Part shown: one piece after another, positions 12,412 through 23,373 of the stretch
Numbering within the stretch: the first letter of the stretch is position 1
Layout of the letters: every line of letters begins with the position of its first letter
Translations under genes and position numbers: made by a program
Source of the DNA: Escherichia coli
Lineage (GTDB): Bacteria > Pseudomonadota > Gammaproteobacteria > Enterobacterales > Enterobacteriaceae
DNA: 64,000 nt
Reading direction: 5' to 3' (one strand)
Assembly (NCBI RefSeq): GCF_030384885.1
Contig: NZ_CP128613.1
Notes under the pieces: model-generated
The model's database searches: none
Seen by the model: the letters and a program-made list of their open reading frames with translations, nothing else
What the model was told of the DNA's origin: nothing

Positions 12412-12861
12412 TCAGGCTTTTACCTGCTGGTAACGGCTGACTTTAAACAGTCGGCGGCAATAATCGAGGAAGTAGCCATAAACCGCCCCCATCAACATCG
12501 AAACAACGATGTTTGAACTGACCGCCGCCATAATCTGATGCCAGTCTGCGCCCACCACTAACAAGATCGCCACATACACCGGTGACTGGAACGTCACATA
12601 CGCCAGGATATCCGCCAGATTTTTTACCCAGCCCGACGGACTAACTTTGCGTGCCGCGCGCATAAACAGATCGCGGTACATACCGTATGGCCATGCAATT
12701 AAGATGTTTACCGGAATCGCTACCAATCTGGAATAAATAGACTGTTCGAAGCTCATTCCGGAGAGGAAAACTTCAATACACATGTTCACGACAGAACAGT
12801 AAACAACCATCGCGAACGTATCTGCAACTGCATGACGCAAGCGTGACTGCGGTGAGAACAT
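12412..12861 (-). CDS. alaE: L-alanine exporter AlaE
   Basis: 149-aa [30 protein letters not shown], small 4-TM protein. Position next to stpA. Confidence 0.9.
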   Translation of the reverse strand: MFSPQSRLRHAVADTFAMVVYCSVVNMCIEVFLSGMSFEQSIYSRLVAIPVNILIAWPYGMYRDLFMRAARKVSPSGWVKNLADILAYVTFQSPVYVAILLVVGADWHQIMAAVSSNIVVSMLMGAVYGYFLDYCRRLFKVSRYQQVKA

Positions 12862-13528
12862 GCTAATGCTCCTTAATAAAAGCGTAATGGGACGTTAATA
12901 GAGATGAAAGCAGTGGATCTCATTGCCATCTGCATTTTCGCATAGCGTATATCGCTGGCTATGACTAATCAATTAGTGAAAAATTTTTATTTAATCTGTT
13001 TTTGTAGATAAAATATTCCGTAGCGGCGCGTTTTTTGTACATTGTGGATTTTTACATGCTGATATGATTTATTTTCAATTAAATCAATTAGATATGCACG
13101 TATCTTTATTTTCACTAATGAAAGTTTGGGGGTGAGGTAACGCTATAAGCGTAGAGAGTTCGGTGTATGCAGTGACTGGGTCATTTTCAGCATTTTTTAT
13201 GCCAGACAATGTACATTAACAGCAGAAAGCACCAGTGAGTGATGTTTATTTTTATTCGTATATATTGCATTTTTATTCGATTTGGTTTTATCAGGCTTGC
13301 GGGATTAGCGAGCGGCGAGCGCCGCTCTGTTCACCAATAACCGAAATTACTCATCAAATTGGCTAATATATAATCTTGAAATTATTCTGAGAGTTTCAGA
13401 AAATAACAGCTGAAATAATCTCGTGCAGGACTGTAAATAGATTAAATTTTGTGGAAATATAATAAGTGATCGCTTACACTACGCGACGAAATACTTTTTT
13501 GTTTTGGCGTTAAAAGGTTTTCTTTATT

Positions 13529-13933
13529 ATGTCCGTAATGTTACAAAGTTTAAATAACATTCGCACTCTCCGTGCGATGGCTCGCGAATTCTCCATTGAC
13601 GTTCTTGAAGAAATGCTCGAAAAATTCAGGGTTGTCACTAAAGAAAGACGTGAAGAAGAAGAACAGCAGCAGCGTGAACTGGCAGAGCGCCAGGAAAAAA
13701 TTAGCACCTGGCTGGAGCTGATGAAAGCTGACGGAATTAATCCGGAAGAGTTACTGGGTAATAGCTCTGCTGCTGCACCACGCGCTGGTAAAAAACGCCA
13801 GCCGCGTCCGGCAAAATATAAATTCACCGATGTTAACGGTGAAACTAAAACCTGGACCGGTCAGGGCCGTACACCGAAGCCAATCGCTCAGGCGCTGGCA
13901 GAAGGTAAATCTCTCGACGATTTCCTGATCTAA
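13529..13933 (+). CDS. stpA: H-NS paralogue StpA
   Basis: 134 aa [33 protein letters not shown]...[16 protein letters not shown]. Preceded by a long AT-rich curved-DNA-like intergenic region. Confidence 0.95.
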   Translation: MSVMLQSLNNIRTLRAMAREFSIDVLEEMLEKFRVVTKERREEEEQQQRELAERQEKISTWLELMKADGINPEELLGNSSAAAPRAGKKRQPRPAKYKFTDVNGETKTWTGQGRTPKPIAQALAEGKSLDDFLI

Positions 13934-13979
13934 TTACTGAGGCCGGATGTCGCTGCTATGGCGCGTCCGGCGTCGCTTC

Positions 13980-14504
13980 TCAAGCTTGTTGGTTCCACGG
14001 CATCTTATCTAACAACCTTGCCATCCCACAAAAACCGCTAATTCCTGCAAACAGTAACCCGGCACCAACAAAGCCACTTAATAAGAAGAAACCACTATTT
14101 ACGGTATAACCCAGTACAACGCCGATTAATATTAAACCACCCGCGGCGATCTGCACCTGGCGCATTAACGGCAAGGGTTGAGACTTATTTACCGCAACTG
14201 GCAATCCTGCTTTTTTCCAGCCATCAATCCCATCTTCGAGTAAAAAGATTTCTGCGGGTGCGGCAATCGCTGCTAATTTATCGGCGTTATTACTGGTGCG
14301 TTTACCTGCCTGGCAGTGGAATATAATTTGCTCGCGACGTAATTTAGCCGGAAGACCTGACTGTTCGAGCACGGATAATGGAGCCAGATCTGCTTCAGGA
14401 ATATGTTCACGAAGATATTCATCAGCATCACGAATATCGATTAACTTTGCGCCGCGTGCGATTAATTCTTGTGCATCATGCGGCGAAATGGTTGTCAAAG
14501 CCAT
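13980..14504 (-). CDS. ygaP: Membrane-anchored rhodanese (thiosulfate sulfurtransferase) YgaP
   Basis: 174 aa; rhodanese active-site loop CQAGKRT and two C-terminal TM helices. Confidence 0.9.
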   Translation of the reverse strand: MALTTISPHDAQELIARGAKLIDIRDADEYLREHIPEADLAPLSVLEQSGLPAKLRREQIIFHCQAGKRTSNNADKLAAIAAPAEIFLLEDGIDGWKKAGLPVAVNKSQPLPLMRQVQIAAGGLILIGVVLGYTVNSGFFLLSGFVGAGLLFAGISGFCGMARLLDKMPWNQQA

Positions 14505-14513
14505 AGTGACTCC

Positions 14514-14813
14514 TTACGGACAATAGACATTTTTCAGGGTGGCGATAATGGCATTTACCGCCTCATTTTTAATGGAATATAGAATGCGTTGGGCATCCCG
14601 TTGGCTGTCGAGAAGCCCTTCGTCTCGCATACGAGCGAGATGCTGTGATGTCGCAGAGGCACTCAATCCGGTAATGCGCGTCAGCTCTCCCGCGCTGGTG
14701 CCGGGTGAACCGCTAAGCATGCACAGAATCAGCAACCGTTTGGGGTGGCTCATTGCTTTCAGTAAGGCTGCTGCCTGTTCGGCACTGGCCTGTAATTGCG
14801 CGAGTTCAGTCAT
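14514..14813 (-). CDS. ygaV: ArsR/SmtB-family transcriptional repressor YgaV
   Basis: 99 aa; HTH LKAMSHPKRLLILCML...ELTRITGLSASATSQHLARMRDEGL. Operonic with ygaP. Confidence 0.9.
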   Translation of the reverse strand: MTELAQLQASAEQAAALLKAMSHPKRLLILCMLSGSPGTSAGELTRITGLSASATSQHLARMRDEGLLDSQRDAQRILYSIKNEAVNAIIATLKNVYCP

Positions 14814-14995
14814 AGTTATTTAAGTGTTTTCTAAATTAAGAAAACTCTAAACTAAAAATACAACATATGCCAGCATCAGCCGCGTAAATGAGAGTAAAAG
14901 CGTAAGCTGAAACTGGCAGGCTCCGCTAAAATTACTACGCTTAAGAGATAAAATCTCTTTTTAAACAATGAGTAATTTTCTTATAGGGAGTACAT

Positions 14996-15154
14996 ATGGG
15001 TTTTTGGAGAATCGTCATCACCATCATTCTGCCGCCGCTCGGCGTGCTGCTCGGTAAAGGGTTCGGTTGGGCGTTCATTATTAATATTCTGCTGACACTG
15101 CTTGGGTATATCCCCGGTTTGATTCACGCATTCTGGGTGCAAACCCGCGATTAA
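14996..15154 (+). CDS. yqaE: Pmp3/UPF0057-family small membrane protein YqaE (52 aa)
   Basis: Found by eye (below the track cutoff): MGFWRIVITIILPPLGVLLGKGFGWAFIINILLTLLGYIPGLIHAFWVQTRD, with GGGAG Shine-Dalgarno 7 nt upstream. Confidence 0.85.
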   Translation: MGFWRIVITIILPPLGVLLGKGFGWAFIINILLTLLGYIPGLIHAFWVQTRD

Positions 15155-15237
15155 ACCTGTCCTCACCCCCGCGGCGTTAACGCGCCGCGTTCCTCTGCTA
15201 CACTTTCTGAGTGTTTCCGTTAACGAATGAGGTAGCT

Positions 15238-15687
15238 ATGGGTCTGTTCAATTTTGTGAAAGATGCCGGAGAAAAACTCTGGGACGCGGTTACAGGTCAG
15301 CACGATAAAGACGATCAGGCGAAAAAGGTGCAGGAGCATCTGAATAAAACCGGTATACCTGATGCCGATAAAGTGAACATTCAAATTGCCGACGGCAAAG
15401 CGACGGTCACTGGTGACGGCTTAAGTCAGGAGGCGAAGGAGAAAATCCTTGTTGCGGTGGGGAATATTTCCGGTATTGCCAGTGTCGATGATCAGGTGAA
15501 AACGGCGACACCAGCCACTGCCAGCCAGTTTTATACCGTTAAGTCTGGCGATACTCTGAGTGCCATTTCCAAACAGGTCTACGGTAACGCCAATCTGTAC
15601 AATAAAATCTTCGAAGCGAATAAACCGATGCTGAAAAGCCCGGATAAAATTTACCCGGGGCAGGTGTTGCGTATTCCTGAAGAGTAG
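15238..15687 (+). CDS. ygaU: BON + LysM domain potassium-binding protein Kbp (YgaU)
   Basis: ORF 15211..15687; the internal Met gives [18 protein letters not shown]..., 149 aa. C-terminal LysM ([30 protein letters not shown]). Confidence 0.9.
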
Positions 15688-16350
15688 TTAATTGCCAGCC
15701 ATCGCCTGCTGGATAATGGGAATTGGCGTCAGTAAATGTTGGCGCATTAACTCACTGGCGCGCGCGGTATCTCGCGCCAGTACCGCCGCTGTCAGGGTCT
15801 GGTGCTGATCGTGTTTATCCTCCAGCATTTCTACCGAAAGCACTGTTCGCCGCAGCCAGATAAATCGATAACGCGCCGCCAGATCAAACAACCGTTCACG
15901 CATTTGCAGCAAATAGTGAGAACCACAGCCCGCCACAATTGCAGTATGAAACGCCTGATGACGCAGATCCCACTCATCAAGCATTTTCTCACTGGCGTCA
16001 CAGGCCTCAAGCTTACTGAGCAGATGCGCCTTCGCAAGAACGTCAGCCTCCCACTCATCGCCACCGCGGGCAATCGCCAGACTCACCAGCATCGCTTCCA
16101 TATTGGCGCGGGCGTCGAAAATATCGAGCAGCTCCTGCTCTGACATAGAAGCCACCCGATACCCTTTTTGATTCACCACCGTGACCAGTCGTTCTGCTAC
16201 CAGTTGCGAAAGCGCTTCCCGCAACGGCCCAACGCCAAGTGCATAACGCGATGTCAGCAAACTCATCCGTAATTTTTCATCCGGTTGAAAATTACCGCGA
16301 ATAATATCGTTCTTCAGCCAGCGATAGCCATCCAGAGACGTAATGGTCAT
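15688..16350 (-). CDS. csiR: GntR/FadR-family repressor CsiR (GabC)
   Basis: ORF 15688..16368; the internal Met gives MTITSLDGYRWLKNDIIRGNF..., 220 aa. Its stop abuts the ygaU stop (15687/15688). Confidence 0.9.
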   Translation of the reverse strand: MTITSLDGYRWLKNDIIRGNFQPDEKLRMSLLTSRYALGVGPLREALSQLVAERLVTVVNQKGYRVASMSEQELLDIFDARANMEAMLVSLAIARGGDEWEADVLAKAHLLSKLEACDASEKMLDEWDLRHQAFHTAIVAGCGSHYLLQMRERLFDLAARYRFIWLRRTVLSVEMLEDKHDQHQTLTAAVLARDTARASELMRQHLLTPIPIIQQAMAGN

Positions 16351-16370
16351 GGTGTGACTCCTGATCATTA

Positions 16371-17771
16371 TTAGCGCGTATTATGAACGGGTGTTTTTTG
16401 CCACAATACCAGTTTTTTCCAGCGCGCCATAATCGGCACGGTACAGATTATCCCTATCGCTAATAAACCGGTGGAGATCACTTCTAACTGTTGCGCCGGG
16501 CGGAATAGCATCACTACCAACACAAAGGTAATAAAGCCGATTACCAGCCAGGTGAGCCACGGATAAAGCCACATCCGCAGGCGAATTTCGCTTCCTTCTG
16601 CTCGCAGAATTTTGCGCATCCGCAATTGTGAAACGGCGATGACTAAATAAACCAGCAGGGCGATAGCGCCGGAGCTGTCGATCAGAAATTTAAACACTTT
16701 CGCAGGCGCGTAATAGTTAACCACCACCGTTAAAAATGCCGCGCCGGTGGAGAGTAATACCGCCACATACGGGGTTTTACTGCGGTTGATTTTACCCATT
16801 ACCGCGGGAGCATCACCGCGACGGCTTAAGGAGTAGAGCATTCTGGAAGCGGTATACAGCGCCGAGTTCAGGCAACTGGTTACGGAAAGTAATATCACGC
16901 AGTCCATGATTAATTTCGCATGGGGAATATTGAGCAATTCCAGAACCGAGCGATAAGATCCAACGGCTTTCAGCCCCGGCATATTCCACGGTATTAATGC
17001 CACGACGACAAAAATAGAGCACAAATAGAAGATAGAAATACGCCAGATAACCGAGTTGGTGGCGCGGACAATATGTTTTTCCGGCGTGTCGGATTCCGCG
17101 GCGGCAATGGTGACAATTTCTGCGCCCATAAACGAGAACATGGTGATCAACATCGCGCTTAATACCGCACCGAAGCCATTGGGCATAAAGCCGCCGCTAT
17201 CCCACAATCTTGAGATCCCGCTCACTTCGGCATAAGGGTAAAAACCGCTAATTGCGACTGCACCAAGGAAAATAAAAGCCAGGATAGCGATGACTTTGCA
17301 CAGCGCCAGCCAGAACTCAAATTCGCCGTAGTTTTTAACGCTTAATAAATTACTGCCAGTTAAGGCGAGGGTAATGACGAGGGAAAATAACCAGATGGGA
17401 ATGCCTGGAACCCACGAGTGCAGGATCATGGCGGCGATGTTGGCTTCCAGCGGGATAACCAGTACCCAAAACCACCAGTACAGCCAGCCGATGGTATAAC
17501 CCGCCCAACGGCCAATAGCTTTATCGGCATAGGTGGAAAACGAACCCGTGTCGGGCGTGGCAACCGCCATTTCCGCCAGCATCCGCATAATCATAACTAC
17601 CAGTAATCCGGCGAACAAATAGGCCAGCAATACCGCCGGGCCCGCTTCGGCGATGGCGACGCTGGAACCAACAAACAGACTTGCGCCGATAACACCTGCA
17701 ATAGACAACATGGTGACGTGGCGTGACTTCAGCCCGCCGCCTAACTCATGTGGTTGTGATGATTGCCCCAT
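16371..17771 (-). CDS. gabP: GABA permease GabP (APC family)
   Basis: ORF 16371..17834; the internal Met gives MGQSSQPHELGGGLKSRHVTMLSIAGVIGASLF, 466 aa. Confidence 0.95.
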   Translation of the reverse strand: MGQSSQPHELGGGLKSRHVTMLSIAGVIGASLFVGSSVAIAEAGPAVLLAYLFAGLLVVMIMRMLAEMAVATPDTGSFSTYADKAIGRWAGYTIGWLYWWFWVLVIPLEANIAAMILHSWVPGIPIWLFSLVITLALTGSNLLSVKNYGEFEFWLALCKVIAILAFIFLGAVAISGFYPYAEVSGISRLWDSGGFMPNGFGAVLSAMLITMFSFMGAEIVTIAAAESDTPEKHIVRATNSVIWRISIFYLCSIFVVVALIPWNMPGLKAVGSYRSVLELLNIPHAKLIMDCVILLSVTSCLNSALYTASRMLYSLSRRGDAPAVMGKINRSKTPYVAVLLSTGAAFLTVVVNYYAPAKVFKFLIDSSGAIALLVYLVIAVSQLRMRKILRAEGSEIRLRMWLYPWLTWLVIGFITFVLVVMLFRPAQQLEVISTGLLAIGIICTVPIMARWKKLVLWQKTPVHNTR

Positions 17772-17860
17772 CCTGAATCCTCTCGAAAGTGTGACACTTG
17801 GGAGAGCGGCCCGACATTTCCCGCGTCGGGTCACGCGTTTAATTGTTATTGGTTCTTTTT

Positions 17861-17999
17861 GCCGGAGAGCGGCTCCGCCTTATCCGGCCGACATAGATTT
17901 ATTCCTGTTCACGTACAGATTGTTGGATGCGGCGTAAACGCCTTATCCGACCTGGATTCTCGTAGGCCGGACAAGACGCGAAGCGTCGCCTCCGGCATG
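17861..17999. repeat. Cluster of three REP elements (BIME) between gabP and gabT
   Basis: gccggagagcggctccgccttatccggcc, ggatgcggcgtaaacgccttatccgacc, gtaggccggacaagacgcgaagcgtcgcctccggcatg. Confidence 0.8.
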
Positions 18000-18008
18000 G
18001 GTGCGGTG

Positions 18009-19289
18009 CTACTGCTTAGCCTCATCAAAACACTGGCTGATGATCTCCAGACCCTGACGGATCTGAGCGTCTTCAATGGTGAGCGGTACAAGGATGCGCA
18101 GCACGTTGTAATACGGGCCGCAGGAGAGAAGAATCAGGCCTTTATCGCGGGCGCGAGCCACGATCTCGGCGGTGAGTTTTGCGTCCGGTTTACTGTGATC
18201 GCCACCTTCAAACAGCTCTATAGCGATCATCGCCCCCAGCCCGCGAACGTCGCCGATCTCGGTGTGTTTTTCGGCGATCGCCAGCAATCCGTCTTTCAGC
18301 TTTTGCCCCAAATCGTTGGCTTTTTGCAGCAGATTTTCCTGCTCGAATACCTTCAACACTTCCAGCGCTGCCACGCAGGCAATCGGGTTACCCGCATAGG
18401 TACCGCCCAGACCGCCTGGAGCGACGGTATCCATCACTTCGGTGCGCCCGGTGACGCCCGCCAGCGGGAAACCGCCTGCGATCGATTTCGCAAAGGTGGT
18501 GAGATCCGGCGCGACGCCCATTTGCTCCATCGCAAACAGTGTGCCGGTACGCCCCGCGCCGCTTTGCACTTCATCGGCAATCAACATGATCCCGTGCTCG
18601 TCACACAGCGCGCGTAAACGCTGCATAAATGCAGGTGTCGCGGCGTAGAAACCGCCTTCACCCTGAACCGGCTCAATCACGATGGCGGCGATATCTTCCG
18701 GCGCAGCGTCATTTTTGAAGATCCGATGAATACTGGCGATAGCGTCATCTTCACTGATGCCGTGCAGCGGGCAAGGATAAAGCGCGCGATAAACATGGCC
18801 CGGCATCAGGCCCATGCCAGCAGAGTACGGGTTCACCTTACCAGTCAGCGCCAGCGTGTAGTGCGTGCGCCCGTGATACGCGCCGCTAAAGGCGATGGTA
18901 CCGCTACGTTTGGTGGCGGCGCGGGCGATTTTCACCGCGTTTTCCACCGCTTCGGAGCCCGTGGTGACCAGCAGCGTTTTTTTGGCGAAATCGCCTGGCA
19001 CCTTCTGATTCATAATCTCGCACAGCGCCAGATACGGCTCGTAGGCCAGCACCTGGAAGCAAGTGTGCGACAGCTTTTTCAACTGCGCTTCCACAGCCGC
19101 CACCACTTTCGGATGCAGGTGCCCGGTATTGAGCACCGCAATCCCGCCCGCGAAATCAAGATACTCACGGCCTTCAACGTCCCACACCCGGCAGTTTTCT
19201 GCGCGATCAGCGAAAATCGGGTGAATTTGCCCAACGCCACGGGGAATCGCCTGACTGCGGCGTTGCATTAACTCTTTATTGCTGCTCAT
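18009..19289 (-). CDS. gabT: 4-aminobutyrate aminotransferase GabT
   Basis: 426 aa MSSNKELMQRRSQAIPRGVGQIHPIFADRAENCRVWDVEGREYLDFAGGIAVLNTGH; PLP-lysine context TFAKSIAGG. Confidence 0.95.
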   Translation of the reverse strand: MSSNKELMQRRSQAIPRGVGQIHPIFADRAENCRVWDVEGREYLDFAGGIAVLNTGHLHPKVVAAVEAQLKKLSHTCFQVLAYEPYLALCEIMNQKVPGDFAKKTLLVTTGSEAVENAVKIARAATKRSGTIAFSGAYHGRTHYTLALTGKVNPYSAGMGLMPGHVYRALYPCPLHGISEDDAIASIHRIFKNDAAPEDIAAIVIEPVQGEGGFYAATPAFMQRLRALCDEHGIMLIADEVQSGAGRTGTLFAMEQMGVAPDLTTFAKSIAGGFPLAGVTGRTEVMDTVAPGGLGGTYAGNPIACVAALEVLKVFEQENLLQKANDLGQKLKDGLLAIAEKHTEIGDVRGLGAMIAIELFEGGDHSKPDAKLTAEIVARARDKGLILLSCGPYYNVLRILVPLTIEDAQIRQGLEIISQCFDEAKQ

Positions 19290-19302
19290 TCGCGTTCTCC
19301 AG

Positions 19303-20751
19303 TTAAAGACCGATGCACATGTATTTGATTTCTAAATAATCTTCGATGCCATACTTCGAACCTTCACGACCCAGCCCCGAGGCTTTTATGCCGCCGAACG
19401 GGGCCACTTCATTGGAAATAATGCCGGTATTGATGCCGACGATGCCGTACTCCAGCGCCTCGCCCACGCGGAAGACGCGGCTTAAATCACGGGCGTAGAA
19501 ATAGGCGGCAAGACCAAACTCGGTGTCATTGGCCTGCGCAATCACATCGGCTTCATCTTTAAAGCGGAACAGCGGGGCGAGGGGGCCGAACGTCTCTTCT
19601 TTCGACACTTTGGCGTTGGCAGGAACATCCACCAGAATGGTTGGCTGGAAGAAGTTGCCGCCGCGTTCATGCGCTTTACCGCCGCAAACCACGCGCGCGC
19701 CTTTCTCCAGCGCATCGGCGATATGCTCTTCCACTTTTGCTACCGCTTTTTCATCGATCAGTGGCCCAATGGTGACGCCTTTTTCCAGCCCATCACCGAT
19801 GTACAGTTTGCTCACCGCCTGCTGCAATTTTTCAGCAAAGCGGTCATACACGCCGTCCTGTACATACAGGCGGTTGGCGCAGACGCAGGTTTGCCCGGCG
19901 TTACGGAATTTCGAGGCCAGCGCACCTTCCACGGCTTTATCGAGATCGGCATCGTCAAAGACGATAAACGGCGCGTTGCCGCCCAGCTCCAGCGACACTT
20001 TTTTGATGTCTTTCGCGCACTGTTCCATTAACTGGCGACCAATTTCGGTCGAGCCGGTAAACGACAGCTTGCGCACCAGCGGGTTGCTGGTCAGTTCGTT
20101 ACCGACCGCGCCCGCCGAACCGGTCACCACGTTAAATACGCCAGCCGGAATGCCCGCGCGAATCGCCAGCTCTGCCAGCGCCAGCGCAGAGAACGGCGTC
20201 TGACTGGCGGGCTTCAGCACCATCGTGCAGCCTGCCGCCAGCGCCGGACCGGCTTTACGGGTAATCATCGCCGCCGGGAAGTTCCACGGCGTGATAGCGG
20301 CGGTAACACCAATCGGCTGCTTGATGACAATCAGGCGCTTATCGGCCTGATGACCGGGAATGGTGTCGCCATAAATGCGTTTGCCTTCTTCGGCAAACCA
20401 CTCAATAAATGAGGCGGCGTAGCTGATTTCGCCTTTCGCTTCCGCCAGCGGTTTGCCCTGTTCGAGGGTCATCAGGCGCGCTAAATCGTCCTGATGCTCC
20501 ATCATCAAATTGAACCAGTTACGCAGAATGTTGGCGCGTTCTTTGGCGGTAAGGGCACGCCAGGCGGGCAGGGCGCGGTTGGCGGCGTCGATAGCGGCGC
20601 GGGTTTCATCTGCGCCCATTTTGGGTACGCTACCCAGCTTGTCGCCATTCGCCGGATTGGTGACCTCGATGACTTCGCCATTGTTGGCGTCCAGCCATTC
20701 CCCGTTAATTAACGCCTGCTGGCGGAATAAGTTACTGTCGTTCAGTTTCAT
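19303..20751 (-). CDS. gabD: NADP-dependent succinate-semialdehyde dehydrogenase GabD
   Basis: 482 aa; aldehyde dehydrogenase motifs (ELGGNAP, FRNAGQTCVCANR). Confidence 0.95.
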   Translation of the reverse strand: MKLNDSNLFRQQALINGEWLDANNGEVIEVTNPANGDKLGSVPKMGADETRAAIDAANRALPAWRALTAKERANILRNWFNLMMEHQDDLARLMTLEQGKPLAEAKGEISYAASFIEWFAEEGKRIYGDTIPGHQADKRLIVIKQPIGVTAAITPWNFPAAMITRKAGPALAAGCTMVLKPASQTPFSALALAELAIRAGIPAGVFNVVTGSAGAVGNELTSNPLVRKLSFTGSTEIGRQLMEQCAKDIKKVSLELGGNAPFIVFDDADLDKAVEGALASKFRNAGQTCVCANRLYVQDGVYDRFAEKLQQAVSKLYIGDGLEKGVTIGPLIDEKAVAKVEEHIADALEKGARVVCGGKAHERGGNFFQPTILVDVPANAKVSKEETFGPLAPLFRFKDEADVIAQANDTEFGLAAYFYARDLSRVFRVGEALEYGIVGINTGIISNEVAPFGGIKASGLGREGSKYGIEDYLEIKYMCIGL

Positions 20752-20773
20752 CGCTACATCCTGTTTTCAAAGG

Positions 20774-22042
20774 TTATTGATTAAAGGCGGCGTGTAAGGC
20801 ATCCACACTACGTGCCGCTCGCAGCGTGCGTCCGGGGTTACTCTGGCTTGCCAACAGCGTTTGTACCTTGCTGACAATATGCGCACCAATAGGAATTGCT
20901 GATGTCGCTGCCGGGGAGGGCGCATTGCAGGTGTGGATCGTGCGCGGGGTGGTGACAAACAGAAAATCGTCAATCAGCTTGCCGTCCGGCGATACTGCCT
21001 GCGCCCGCACACCGGCGGGCCAGGGCTGGAGATCGCTTAACGAAAGCCCGGGACAATACTTTTGCACCAGCCGCAGATAGCCGCTTTTGCACAGCGAGTT
21101 TTTCATCTCGCCCAGTCCTGAGCGTAGATGGTTTTGCAGCACCCGGCGAATCCCCGACGAGCCCAAAATTTCCAGCGTGTCGCTAAATGAGAAGTCGCGC
21201 TTGCGATAGCCTTCGCGTTTGAACGCCAACACCGCGTTTGGCCCAACGGTCACGCTGCCGTCGATCATCCGGGTGAGATGAACGCCTAAAAATGGCATTG
21301 CCGGGTCGGGAATGGGGTAAATCAGGTGGTTAACAATCTGGTTATGCGCCGGGGCAAGGCGGAAATATTCACCGCGGAACGGGCAGATGATAAAGCCCGG
21401 TTCGAGGCCGAGCATTTTCACCAGCCGGTCAGCCATCAGCCCGGAACAGCTAATCAGCGTCGATGCTTCATATTCACCGCCCTGACGGGTCCGTATCACC
21501 ACGCCGTTTTTATGCTCACTGAGGGCGCTGACTTCGGCGTTATAAATAATCTCACCGCCTCTGGCCTGGAAGATTTTTGCCATCGCCGCTGTCACTTCGC
21601 GGTAGCTGACAATACCGCTGGACGGCACAAAAATGCCGCCAAGCCCGGTGATATTCGGTTCGCGCTCGCGCAGTTCCTCGGCGTTTAACCACTCGCGCTC
21701 GATCCCGTTCGCCGCCGTGCGTTCCCATAAAGCGCGCATCCGTTCCATTTCGAGTTCAGACGTGGCGACCAGCATCTTGCCGCAGTTGTCGTAGCGAATG
21801 CCGTTTTGATCGCAAAAGGCTTTAGTGGCGCGGTTTCCCGCCAGGCAAAACTGCGCCTTCAGGCTGCCGGGCGTGTAATAGACCCCGGCATGGATCACGC
21901 CGCTGTTGTGGCCCGTCTGGTGACAGGCCGGGCCGGACTCTTTTTCCAGCAACGCAATACGGGCGTCCGGATAGACATCAATCAGTTGCATGGCGGTCGA
22001 CATGCCGATGATGCCGCCGCCAATAATCACAAAATCATACAT
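20774..22042 (-). CDS. lhgO: L-2-hydroxyglutarate oxidase/dehydrogenase LhgO (YgaF)
   Basis: 422 aa; N-terminal FAD fold MYDFVIIGGGIIGMSTA. Confidence 0.9.
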   Translation of the reverse strand: MYDFVIIGGGIIGMSTAMQLIDVYPDARIALLEKESGPACHQTGHNSGVIHAGVYYTPGSLKAQFCLAGNRATKAFCDQNGIRYDNCGKMLVATSELEMERMRALWERTAANGIEREWLNAEELREREPNITGLGGIFVPSSGIVSYREVTAAMAKIFQARGGEIIYNAEVSALSEHKNGVVIRTRQGGEYEASTLISCSGLMADRLVKMLGLEPGFIICPFRGEYFRLAPAHNQIVNHLIYPIPDPAMPFLGVHLTRMIDGSVTVGPNAVLAFKREGYRKRDFSFSDTLEILGSSGIRRVLQNHLRSGLGEMKNSLCKSGYLRLVQKYCPGLSLSDLQPWPAGVRAQAVSPDGKLIDDFLFVTTPRTIHTCNAPSPAATSAIPIGAHIVSKVQTLLASQSNPGRTLRAARSVDALHAAFNQ

Positions 22043-22061
22043 CCGCTCAATTCCTTTGCGC

Positions 22062-23153
<1,092 letters not shown>

Positions 23154-23373
23154 TTATTGTGATCAAAAGCAACAAATTAGTAACATTTAATGTAGGGTAT
23201 TAAGGCAAAGGAGACAGGAAATGAATAACTAAAGCAACAGGTTAGGGAGAGCTACCATCAGAGAACAGATTATCTGGTCGATAAAAAACAGTAAATGGCT
23301 TCACTGCAAAATGACCGTTAGTAAACTAAACATATCATCTGCCCCGTTTTAGCGGGGCAGATATAACATTAAA

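Noticed and set aside
17763-18617. 284-aa plus-strand ORF, and similar long ORFs at 18726-19271, 19523-20203 and 58150-58686
   Set aside because: They are antisense to the well-identified gabT, gabD and ffh genes in GC-rich DNA, with Arg/Ala-rich translations typical of shadow frames.
23158-23174. Possible CRP site tgtgatcaaaagcaaca upstream of csiD
   Set aside because: Only the TGTGA half matches the consensus. The second half (gcaac versus TCACA) is poor, and I cannot place the transcription start, so support is insufficient.
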